A DNA stretch of 64,000 nucleotides from positions 13,934-77,933 of the forward strand of contig JBAZUE010000003.1 in NCBI GenBank assembly GCA_041661605.1. The letters run 5' to 3'. This DNA is from Candidatus Omnitrophota bacterium. Its GTDB lineage: Bacteria > Omnitrophota > Gorgyraeia > Gygaellales > Profunditerraquicolaceae. Position numbers and translations under genes: made by a program. Shown piece by piece: positions 54,649-62,756 of this stretch. The notes under the pieces are model-generated. The model did not search any database, had not been told where the DNA came from, and saw only the letters and a list, made by a program, of their open reading frames with translations. Position 1 is the first letter of the stretch; each line of letters begins with the position of its first letter.

Positions 54649-54673
54649 AGGTTTTCATATGCTACCGCTCCTT

Positions 54674-54853
54674 TTAGCGGCTGTCAAGAAATTTCTTCTG
54701 GATCCTCTCCGCCTCCTCCGGGCTCTTGTCGGAAATCTCGATGGCCAGAAGAACAAACCTCAAAAGCTGGGTGGACAAAACAGTATCTTCCCTGAATGCT
54801 ATTTTGAGGTTCGGCTTTAACTCTAATTTTTCTCTTCTCAATATTTTTCCCAT
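54674..54853 (-). CDS. 59-codon ORF, unknown function (below the track cutoff)
   Basis: Hand translation gives MGKILRREKLELKPNLKIAFREDTVLSTQLLRFVLLAIEISDKSPEEAERIQKKFLDSR. It starts 5 nt after the J-domain gene stop. Confidence 0.3.
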   Translation of the reverse strand: MGKILRREKLELKPNLKIAFREDTVLSTQLLRFVLLAIEISDKSPEEAERIQKKFLDSR

Positions 54854-54858
54854 AGAAA

Positions 54859-56442
54859 TTAATATTGCCTAAAAATTATTTTCGGCGTGAATTCTAATGT
54901 TATCAGTTCCATATATCCAGAAAGAAAGCTTTTTCTGAGATATTTTCGCTGGATGACGAAATTGCTTCTTCCCGTCTTCTTCCGGAGTTCTTTTTCCAAG
55001 GGGACAAAGAAATAAACGTCGGTGGCGTAAGTCGAATCGGAAATAGGAGAAGAGCTGACCAAGCCGTATCTGAATTGCTTGACGATTACCTCGGTCGTTT
55101 TGCCTTGCTTTCTGAAAAGGACGACGTATTTGTGGACGTAATCTCCCAACAACGAAGAATGATCGGTGGCATAGGTGATGATTATTTTTTCTTCCCTGCT
55201 TTCAAACCGGATTTTTTCTTTCTGTCTTTCCAGGGCTTTAAGGGTCGCCTCCCAGACTTTTTCAAATTCCACGTCATAAAATACGTCGAGAGCCTTGAAT
55301 CTGCCGGCATTTTCAATTGATGAAATTAGGGACTTCAAAATCAGCCAGGGATCGGCTGAATTATCCACTCTTGAAAGTGTAAAATCCGGACCAGAGCTGG
55401 CTTCTATTTTGTCGCCCTTCAACCTTCCCGCAAAAGAACCGGATAGAAATTCCGAAAAACCAACCGTCCGGCCGATAAGGTCGGCAAAAACATCGTCAAA
55501 GCTCTCTATTTTAAAAACAATCTCTCCGTTTTTCCTGATTTCGCCTTTTATCTTTCCGATAATCCCGGCGATAAAGATTCTCCCTTCAAAATAATTTTCC
55601 CGGGGAAAGATACAAAGATAAGCATCATTGTAAGGAGAAATCTGTCCAAACCAATTGCCCTGGAGGTCTTCCAATTTGGGAATCTCAGAGATGAACGCCA
55701 CGCTTTTTTCCAGCCAGCCGGTTTTATTAACCGCCGCAGAGTTATTGCAGGAATAAATCAAGCAGGAAATTAAGAAAAGAGCGCTTAAGACGGTTACCAA
55801 AACCCAGACCCGGAAAGATTTAAAGAAAGGTTTCAAATAAACAGAAAATAATAAAGCAAGAAAATCTGATTCCATGGAAATATCAACGGCGACGGTTTCG
55901 TTCCCGCCGTTGGTATCAACCATAACCAGCGCCGAATCACTAAAGCCGGCCGGAAAAGAAACGGTGTCAATCGTGATTTCAATCTCCTGGTAATCTGGGG
56001 TGCTGATTACCGTTTCCGAAAATTGAACCCACGGTTTGTCCGCGGTGATGGTGCCGATTAACGCGCCCCTGCCGTCGTTGAAAACCGTGAGAATGTCAGA
56101 GGCGGAAACACCGGGTTTGAGATTTGTGAATTGCAGGTAATTCTTGTCCACCCTGACAACGGGAGAGACTCCGGCGCCGCCCTGGTTGGCCGCCTGACCG
56201 GCTTTCAGGTTTTTCAGCTGCTCGTCGTATTGCTTCCTTTTTTCAGGTACGGACAAGACATCATAAGCTTCCTGGATTCTTTTGAATTCCTCCTCAGCCA
56301 GATCCTTTAAGTCGGGCGCCTCAGGGGAAACCCTGTCCGGATGAAACTGAAGGACCAGCTTCCGGTAAGTCTTCTTTATCTCCTCCCCGGTGGCGTTCTC
56401 GCTTATTCGCAAAACGTCGTAATAACTCGCGAAATCCTTCAT
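54859..56442 (-). CDS. Membrane-anchored J-domain protein (J domain, beta-rich region, one TM helix, unknown C-terminal domain)
   Basis: 527-aa ORF with a canonical J domain carrying HPD (YYDVLRI...YRKLVLQFHPDR...AYDVLS...RKQYD). A hydrophobic helix (VWVLVTVLSALFLISCLIY) lies near residue 225. The roughly 290 aa after it have no motif I recognise. Confidence 0.8.
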   Translation of the reverse strand: MKDFASYYDVLRISENATGEEIKKTYRKLVLQFHPDRVSPEAPDLKDLAEEEFKRIQEAYDVLSVPEKRKQYDEQLKNLKAGQAANQGGAGVSPVVRVDKNYLQFTNLKPGVSASDILTVFNDGRGALIGTITADKPWVQFSETVISTPDYQEIEITIDTVSFPAGFSDSALVMVDTNGGNETVAVDISMESDFLALLFSVYLKPFFKSFRVWVLVTVLSALFLISCLIYSCNNSAAVNKTGWLEKSVAFISEIPKLEDLQGNWFGQISPYNDAYLCIFPRENYFEGRIFIAGIIGKIKGEIRKNGEIVFKIESFDDVFADLIGRTVGFSEFLSGSFAGRLKGDKIEASSGPDFTLSRVDNSADPWLILKSLISSIENAGRFKALDVFYDVEFEKVWEATLKALERQKEKIRFESREEKIIITYATDHSSLLGDYVHKYVVLFRKQGKTTEVIVKQFRYGLVSSSPISDSTYATDVYFFVPLEKELRKKTGRSNFVIQRKYLRKSFLSGYMELITLEFTPKIIFRQY

Positions 56443-57083
56443 CGTTTGTGCTCCAGGAATTGAACCGGCAATTTTTTGGCTATCATATCCATTCCCCTTC
56501 TCAATTCGTTGTTTTCCACTTTAAGGTTTAAACCTTTTCTCGAAACGAGCTCTGAGAGGAAGTTTTGATCGGCGTCCGAGGTTGAGATGGCCAGAATTTC
56601 TATCTTGTCTTTCTTCATTTCTGCGGCGACTTCCAAGGCGGAATTAGGGTCGCTGGGGCAGCCGTCGGTGGCGACCACCACCACGCGACAGCCTTTCTTT
56701 CTTAAGAGTCTTCCCGACGCCATATTAAGGGCATCGGTGAGATTCGTGGAGCCCGTGATGGAAATCTTTTCCACGCCGCTGGCGATCACCGAGACGTCTC
56801 TTGTCGGCTCGCAGATTAAATGCGCCTTGTCGCCGAAATCAATCAAACCAACGCGATAACCTTTCCTCACGGCGGTCTTGGCGAAATCCCCGACTCCCTG
56901 TTTTGCCTGAATAATCTTTTCCCCTTCCATGCTTCCCGAGCAGTCAACCAAAAGAAAAACCACGGCAGGGTCTTTCTGGAAATAAGTGGTCTTAGGTTTC
57001 GAATCAAAAGAGGTTTCTTTGCCGTCAGAGGATTTGACAACCAGCTTGCCGTCAGAACCAAGAGCTAAAAGTTTCTTTTCCAT
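56439..57083 (-). CDS. von Willebrand factor type A (vWA) domain protein, cytoplasmic
   Basis: 214-aa ORF with the MIDAS motif VDCSGSM, later GSTNLTDAL and VVVATDG, and no signal peptide. It overlaps the J-domain gene by 4 nt. Confidence 0.8.
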   Translation of the reverse strand: MEKKLLALGSDGKLVVKSSDGKETSFDSKPKTTYFQKDPAVVFLLVDCSGSMEGEKIIQAKQGVGDFAKTAVRKGYRVGLIDFGDKAHLICEPTRDVSVIASGVEKISITGSTNLTDALNMASGRLLRKKGCRVVVVATDGCPSDPNSALEVAAEMKKDKIEILAISTSDADQNFLSELVSRKGLNLKVENNELRRGMDMIAKKLPVQFLEHKR

Positions 57084-57104
57084 CGTTCACGCTCCTTTCT
57101 TTTG

Positions 57105-57139
57105 GGTGGTGTTTGGGGCGGTGTTTCCGAAACACCACC
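57105..57139 (-). promoter_or_regulatory. Structured intercistronic element with alternative hairpins / triple 7-mer
   Basis: Minus strand reads GGTGGTGTTT-CGG-AAACACC-GCCCC-AAACACCACC. The 5' arm can pair with either the proximal 7-mer or the distal 10-mer. The element lies 22 nt upstream of the vWA start codon. Confidence 0.4.
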
Positions 57140-57202
57140 TCTTCTTTTTTGAAACTCCTTAATTCCGTTAAAGTTAGAAACGATTTCTCCGAATCCCTGA
57201 CG

Positions 57203-57598
57203 CTAACTTTCCTTTTTTATACCCAATACTTTCTGTTTTATAAAACTTAAAATAAATTTAATTATATTTTTTACTTCTTCAGGTAAGAAAGAATAACCAA
57301 GTAAGAGCAGACAGACGACAACGAGCAACGGGACGAACGACACCAGATTCCTGACAAAGCCAATGGCAAGCAACACAAGAAACAGCCAGAACAAAACTTT
57401 CAAAAGGATTGCCCAGAACGGAATCTCTCCGGCTATGTCGGAAAGCTCGAAAGAACCGCACTTGCCGCAAGCCAGTGCCGCTTTGGAATTGACGCTCCGG
57501 CATTTGGAGCAGATTCTGGCCTCGAAGGTCTTGGCGCAGTACTGGCAGTAAAGCGGCTTTCCCGGATTGATTCTTTGGCAGTAAGGGCAGTACCTCAT
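57203..57598 (-). CDS. Double-zinc-ribbon protein with two C-terminal TM helices
   Basis: 131-aa ORF with CPYC...CQYC...CSKC...CGKC followed by two hydrophobic helices. Confidence 0.6.
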   Translation of the reverse strand: MRYCPYCQRINPGKPLYCQYCAKTFEARICSKCRSVNSKAALACGKCGSFELSDIAGEIPFWAILLKVLFWLFLVLLAIGFVRNLVSFVPLLVVVCLLLLGYSFLPEEVKNIIKFILSFIKQKVLGIKKES

Positions 57599-58416
57599 AT
57601 TAAAGAGAACACTCCTTCCTTGTTGGGCCTGTGCCAGATTTGAGAAAAGATTTTTTCCGGTGAAACGTCTTTCTCAACGGTCAGCCAGCAGAAACTCTTG
57701 TCGGTAATCTTCTCGATTGTCCTTAAAAGGGTTTTTAACCTGACCAAGGTCTTGCAAACAATTAAAAGCCGGAAATGCTGATTTTGAAAACCGAACTGTC
57801 TTTGAAAATCCCCGCTTAACCCGTAATCCAGGTAATCCTCCATTTTCTTTTTGATTCTTTTCAGGTTTTCGGTCGAGCGGTCTATTTCCAGAAGGAAACT
57901 ATAAGTTTTATCCGGACATCCAAGGCGGAAATAAGCGTCGGGGTAAATTCTCGCTTCCTCCTCCGAAAACAGGGCCGGCTTGTATCTCCAGATTTCGGTT
58001 TTCATCCGGCAGTTTTGGTGGGAACAGATCTCCAGGGAATACCGGAAATTATTTATTGATAAAAAATGAGAGAGAAAGGAATCCCGGGTCTTCACGGCTT
58101 TGAATCTCTTTTTCGCGATTTCCGAGGAGTCGAGTCCGGTTTTCAAGGAGATGATTTCTGCCGCCCTCGGCCCAGGCAGATAAAGAATCCGCTTTTTGAA
58201 AGCGTCTATGAAAAGCCGGCGGGAAAGGAAGCCGTTATCAAAGAGTTTCCTTAATCTGTCATTAGTTCGCTTCAGGCAGTTAAAGCCGCAGAGATTTTTG
58301 ATCTGCTCTCCGCACAAGAAACGGTAGTCAAAGACCTTTTTGAGAATTTCCGAGTCCCTGGGCTGTAAAACTAAAGGGTTTCCGCTTCTTTGAAGAATTT
58401 TTCTTCTACCAGCCAT
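57595..58416 (-). CDS. Replication-relaxation (Replic_Relax) family protein
   Basis: 273-aa ORF with an N-terminal wHTH-like region (LKKVFDYRFLCGEQI...RLRKLFDNGFLSRR). It also has the C-terminal block YPDAYFRL...FLLEIDRSTE typical of this family. Confidence 0.6.
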   Translation of the reverse strand: MAGRRKILQRSGNPLVLQPRDSEILKKVFDYRFLCGEQIKNLCGFNCLKRTNDRLRKLFDNGFLSRRLFIDAFKKRILYLPGPRAAEIISLKTGLDSSEIAKKRFKAVKTRDSFLSHFLSINNFRYSLEICSHQNCRMKTEIWRYKPALFSEEEARIYPDAYFRLGCPDKTYSFLLEIDRSTENLKRIKKKMEDYLDYGLSGDFQRQFGFQNQHFRLLIVCKTLVRLKTLLRTIEKITDKSFCWLTVEKDVSPEKIFSQIWHRPNKEGVFSLI

Positions 58417-59857
58417 CGGCTTCCTCCGTCTTTGATTCGGTCCGACCGCTTTCTTTTGTCATTCCCATTTTTTCGCGCCTCTCGCGAATCTCTTTTTCGA
58501 TTTCCTCAAACGTCCGGGTGTAATAGGAAAAAGAAAGGTTTCTTAATTCCTCGATTGTTCTGGAATCGACCTCAACTTTTTCCGGCAGAGGCAGCTTGAC
58601 CAGGCGGTGCGGTTCTCCCCGGATCTTGAAATACGCTTCCCCCACTCCCAGCTCGGTCAGCTTTTTGGTCAGAGATTCTTTGACGCTCGGATTCAACTCC
58701 TGGGAGAGGACAAAAGCGTCGCTGTGATTCACCCTGAAAACCAGGATCGCCTTGGTGTTCCCCAGAATCGCCTCAAGGAGTTTTCTTTCTATCTGAAACA
58801 AATTCTGGTGACTCATCCGCAGGAAAAGTTTATATTTACGCGACTCCGACAAAATCGTCTCCATCGAAGAAACCTCCTGGGTGGCCAGGGACTGGAACTC
58901 GTCGGCGAAAATGTAGAAAGGTTTTCTTTGCTGGTAGGGAATGTTGGACCGCGACAAAGCCGCAAGCTGGAGTTTGCACAAAAAGAGGCTGGCCAGAAGA
59001 AAGCTGTTGCTTTTCATTTTGCCTTTCGACAAATTCACGACTATCCATTTCCGCTTGTCTATAGCGTCCCGGAAGTTAAAGCTGCTCTTTGACTGGCCCA
59101 TCAAATAACGAATGGAGGTATCGCCCAAGAATTCTCCGATTTTATTGAGCGAGGGATCCCGGTAAATAGTTTTCTGCGGCTCGGTCAGCTTGTTATAGCG
59201 GTAAATCCAGTTTTTCGCCTCCTCGTTCTGGATATTGGCGGCCAGCGAATTCCTGAAACGATTATTGAGTAAAAGATGTGGTGCCTCGGCCAAAGTAAGA
59301 TTGTTTTCGGCAAGGATCACCAGAGCGTTTCTCATCAGCTCGTTGGTTCGCGGACCCCAGAATTCGGCCCAGCGGCTGCGGAAAACTTCGACTAACTCCA
59401 AGACCGTCGAATAGACGGATTCATTTTTCTGGACTTCCAAAGGGTTGAAGGAAACCGTCCTTTCCGGATTGAAGGGCTCGATGAGAATCAGTTTCCGGGC
59501 CATGATTTTTCTCTCGCTTTCGCTCTTGTCCTTGAAAATATAGGCCATGAATTTGATCACCTGCTCGGTCAGATCGCCGTGGACGTCAAAAAGGGCAAAA
59601 CCTTCATTTGATAATATATGCTGTCTAATCATTCTTTCGAGCATAGTTGTTTTTCCGGTACCGGTCGCCCCAATAATGTAAATATGGCTTTCCTTTTCCG
59701 AAGGAGAAATGTGAATTTCCTCGGTTTTGTCCCGATCAAAAAGGCTCTGGCTCTGGCCGATATAAATTGAATTTGAAGACGGCTTTTTCTGTCTGGGAAA
59801 AAGAAGGTCTGTTAGAAATTCAAATAACTTAATTAGCAGTTTTTCCAGAAATCTCAT
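58406..59857 (-). CDS. FtsK/HerA/TraD-superfamily P-loop ATPase (type IV coupling-protein-like)
   Basis: 483-aa ORF with Walker A IIGATGTGKTT, FDVHGDL and Walker B YIFADEFQSL. It also has the C-terminal block SRKYKLFLRMSHQNLFQI...ILGNTKAILVFRV. Confidence 0.6.
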   Translation of the reverse strand: MRFLEKLLIKLFEFLTDLLFPRQKKPSSNSIYIGQSQSLFDRDKTEEIHISPSEKESHIYIIGATGTGKTTMLERMIRQHILSNEGFALFDVHGDLTEQVIKFMAYIFKDKSESERKIMARKLILIEPFNPERTVSFNPLEVQKNESVYSTVLELVEVFRSRWAEFWGPRTNELMRNALVILAENNLTLAEAPHLLLNNRFRNSLAANIQNEEAKNWIYRYNKLTEPQKTIYRDPSLNKIGEFLGDTSIRYLMGQSKSSFNFRDAIDKRKWIVVNLSKGKMKSNSFLLASLFLCKLQLAALSRSNIPYQQRKPFYIFADEFQSLATQEVSSMETILSESRKYKLFLRMSHQNLFQIERKLLEAILGNTKAILVFRVNHSDAFVLSQELNPSVKESLTKKLTELGVGEAYFKIRGEPHRLVKLPLPEKVEVDSRTIEELRNLSFSYYTRTFEEIEKEIRERREKMGMTKESGRTESKTEEADGW

Positions 59858-60372
59858 TTTTTCTCCTCCGGGGAATTACCGCTTTCCTTTCTAAGAAAAC
59901 TACTGAAATCCTTGAATTCCGGCATGTTTTTTAGCAAGGAGGAGGCAGATTCGGAAAAACTGAATACTCTGAAATTTTTGTTCAAAGACCGCAGGGTCAT
60001 GCTAACTGGTAGAATCATTACGTCCCCGGTGAAAAAAACGTAAAAAACGTCCGAATCCTTTCTGAGCGAACTATGGATGCCCTCAACCAGCATCGGATCG
60101 TCTATTTTGGTTTCTCCGCTTGAGCTTGGAGGGCAATGAATGAGCCTTATGTTTTGCGAAATCAAAGCGCGCTGGACGGATAAATCAAGTTCCAGCGTTT
60201 TGAAATCTCCACAGGCGAAACCCTCAGCGATGCCGCCGTACTGCTTTGTCAAATCCAGAAGCTTGTAAAACGCCTTGTTAACCTCGTACCCAAACCGCCT
60301 GGCCGAATATACTAAATTCGGCAAATCGATGAAAATAGCCACTTTTCTTGCCCTCTTTTCTACTTTTTCCAT
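59854..60372 (-). CDS. NYN/LabA-like (PIN-fold) domain protein
   Basis: The pattern VAIFIDLPNL...KIDDPML...FFTGDVMILP matches the acidic-residue spacing of NYN domains. I prefer the ATG at 60372, preceded by GAGGAGG at 6 nt. The track start at 60429 lacks an SD. Confidence 0.5.
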   Translation of the reverse strand: MEKVEKRARKVAIFIDLPNLVYSARRFGYEVNKAFYKLLDLTKQYGGIAEGFACGDFKTLELDLSVQRALISQNIRLIHCPPSSSGETKIDDPMLVEGIHSSLRKDSDVFYVFFTGDVMILPVSMTLRSLNKNFRVFSFSESASSLLKNMPEFKDFSSFLRKESGNSPEEKK

Positions 60373-60429
60373 CTGCCGCCTCCTCGTTTTTTGCTTTAGG
60401 AATTTTTGTATTTCCCATATAAGGGGCAA

Positions 60430-60528
60430 GAAATGTTTCTGAAATATCCTTGAAATGTTGCAAAATGCCGTTTTTGACTAAGAATTATTTAAATAAGTGC
60501 TTGAAATGCAGTGGGTTAAGTAGAAATT
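60430..60528. repeat. Phased GAAAT repeats in the operon-upstream region
   Basis: GAAAT occurs at 60430, 60441 and 60452, an 11-nt period, with a degenerate AAAAT at 60462. Further copies lie at 60503 and 60523. TTGAAATG is exact at 60450-60457 and 60501-60508. Confidence 0.5.
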
Positions 60529-60543
60529 AGGGGTGAGGAAGGT

Positions 60544-62730
60544 TTAAAGAGAAGTATTTTTTGGAGTGTCTTTTTTGGGAATATCTTCGGTATCCTTTGA
60601 GAATATTTCTTGAGATTTCTTGGCGAACTTATGAGGATCGTCAGTTAAAATTTCTTTTATTGGATGCTCTTTTCCTGCTATTCTTCTTGTCTCTTTAAGA
60701 AGGGCGGCCGTTAAGTATTTTTTAAAACCTTCCGAATCGCCTGCCTTTAGACAATTAGTATCTATTGTCCTATTTATAATCAAATCAGTGAATACCTCAT
60801 ATACTTTAGAAATTACTTCGGTTTTTTCTGTATTTACTGTACCTTCTTTGTAAATCTCGGTCAGCGCATTTATTAAATCCGCTTCGCGATCATAATCACT
60901 TTCTTCCCAGCCTAAATGATAAAGCGTATTGCCAATGGCTTTTTTAACAATAGATTCACCTTTTAGCAGAAGCGCATAGTTTTTATTTTCTATTAAAGCT
61001 TTTATCCTTTCGCACGTTTCTTCTTCCTGAGAAAGAGCTTTTTGCTCTTTACACCATTTTTCCAGAATCATTGCAAAATGCTTAATCTTCTGAAATTTCT
61101 CACCCATTTCATCTATCACTTCGGCTATATCTCCGTCGTTCCAATATGATTTCTTACTTTTGTCTTTCAACTGTAGTTGAATAACGGTGGTAATGGCATC
61201 ACTATAAATCGCCTCTTTTTCTACAAAGAATCTCCTCGCTTGTTTAATTTCATCAAAGTTTAAATTCTTAAACCCTTCCTTCTCCCAGCATCCAGCCAAA
61301 AGAAGATGAGCATCTAAATATTCTGGATATGCTTCACAGGCCTTAATCAAATTCGTTTTCTTATTCAAACCTTCTTCGCATTTCACCGCTTCATCAAATA
61401 ATTTTTGAGCCTCGGAAATATTTGAGGAAAAACGGACGCCCTCCAATTTCCAGTGTCCTTTCTTGAGTATGTCTCCTTTTTCTGTCGAGGCGATTTCTAT
61501 TGTCCATAATCCTGTCTTTGTTCCCAAGTTACGCAAGTGAGACATGCATTGACTGAATGCATTCATATGATTCAAATCATTCTTCCTCCAGTTACTAAAC
61601 ATAATAAATCCATATAGCCAATGGATACGAGAACGGGATTCTAGCCAAAATTTCAATAATGGAATCATTTGTTTTCTTTTTTTAAAAGCATTATTAATTT
61701 TTTCATTTACCTTATCAGAAAACACCCCTATATTGAATCCTTGCTTTATAAAATCAATTTTTGGCTTTCCCATCTTACTTAGTTCTAATTGCTGAAGCTT
61801 TTGTGGTTTTATAGAAATTTCTTCATTTAAAAGCTCTACGCTATTTTCCTTTTGAGGTATTTGGGATTCTTTTGTTTTCAAAAGTAGTTTCTTTAATAGT
61901 TCTTCTTTTAGTTTGTTTCCTTCTTTTGTATCCGATTCCCATAATCCCAGCTTGGGTTCATCAATCGGCCCAAATTCAACAGGAACAAGAGTTCGCAATT
62001 CCACTCCATATGTAGTGTTAAAATAAGGGGCTATTATTTTGTTTCTGATTTCTTCTAAAATTTCAAATATGGTTGAATATTTTGGGCAAAAAATAATTCC
62101 TTGAGAGACACTGAGACTGGATGGAGGTTCACGGATCAAAGAGGATGAGCCTGTTTTCCCTATTTCAAAGATATAATTGCTAAAGGAAGATTGGATAAAT
62201 AAATCGATGCTACCTCGAATAAATAAAAGTTCATCTGAAAATTTTGCTTCTATCGCTTTCTTTTTATCTATAACGTGATATAGGGCATCCCATTTTAGCC
62301 AGAATCTGGGAGAGATAAAACCATGAAAAACACCTCTTCCCTCAATAGTACCTTTCTTTAAAAATTTTCTTCTTTCGTAAGAACATCTTCCCAAAAAACC
62401 AAATATCCTAATGGTCAAATCCCAACGGCCATAAAATTCTGTCCAGTAAAAAATTTCTTCTATTTCACTATTATCTAATTTTTGGCGTCTAATAAAAAGC
62501 AGATTATCGGTTCCAGTCTCGGTATAATAAATTCCTTTAAGTTTTTTTATCTTTTCTAAGATCTCTTTATCTACATATAATTCCTCCCAATATCCATCAA
62601 TCTTTGTATATCGTAATCCTTTATATCCCCGAGTAAATAAATTTTTTATGAGAAATTTAAATGTAGCGACAATCGTCTTTTTAATATCTGGATAAATTAT
62701 TTTTATATTTATACGAGAATTAGTTTCCAT
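60544..62730 (-). CDS. 728-aa protein of unknown function (AT-rich orphan)
   Basis: Long uninterrupted ORF with a terminator upstream and clean boundaries. I could recognise no catalytic or family motif. The C-terminal third looks helical-repeat-like. About 25-30% G+C in hand-counted lines. Confidence 0.7.
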   Translation of the reverse strand: METNSRINIKIIYPDIKKTIVATFKFLIKNLFTRGYKGLRYTKIDGYWEELYVDKEILEKIKKLKGIYYTETGTDNLLFIRRQKLDNSEIEEIFYWTEFYGRWDLTIRIFGFLGRCSYERRKFLKKGTIEGRGVFHGFISPRFWLKWDALYHVIDKKKAIEAKFSDELLFIRGSIDLFIQSSFSNYIFEIGKTGSSSLIREPPSSLSVSQGIIFCPKYSTIFEILEEIRNKIIAPYFNTTYGVELRTLVPVEFGPIDEPKLGLWESDTKEGNKLKEELLKKLLLKTKESQIPQKENSVELLNEEISIKPQKLQQLELSKMGKPKIDFIKQGFNIGVFSDKVNEKINNAFKKRKQMIPLLKFWLESRSRIHWLYGFIMFSNWRKNDLNHMNAFSQCMSHLRNLGTKTGLWTIEIASTEKGDILKKGHWKLEGVRFSSNISEAQKLFDEAVKCEEGLNKKTNLIKACEAYPEYLDAHLLLAGCWEKEGFKNLNFDEIKQARRFFVEKEAIYSDAITTVIQLQLKDKSKKSYWNDGDIAEVIDEMGEKFQKIKHFAMILEKWCKEQKALSQEEETCERIKALIENKNYALLLKGESIVKKAIGNTLYHLGWEESDYDREADLINALTEIYKEGTVNTEKTEVISKVYEVFTDLIINRTIDTNCLKAGDSEGFKKYLTAALLKETRRIAGKEHPIKEILTDDPHKFAKKSQEIFSKDTEDIPKKDTPKNTSL

Positions 62731-62756
62731 TTATGATAAAGTCCTAAAAAATTAAT

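Noticed and set aside
52817-54658. The 613-aa version of the serine recombinase given by the ORF track
   Set aside because: Its first 66 codons are low-complexity and fully overlap a convincing 62-aa excisionase-type HTH ORF in another frame. A GTG at 54460 with an upstream GGAAGG gives a normal resolvase N-terminus. The alternative is kept as a low-interest finding.
60373-60429. N-terminal 19-codon extension of the NYN protein (the track start at 60429)
   Set aside because: No SD lies upstream. The internal ATG at 60372 has GAGGAGG at ideal spacing, and the NYN domain begins right after it.
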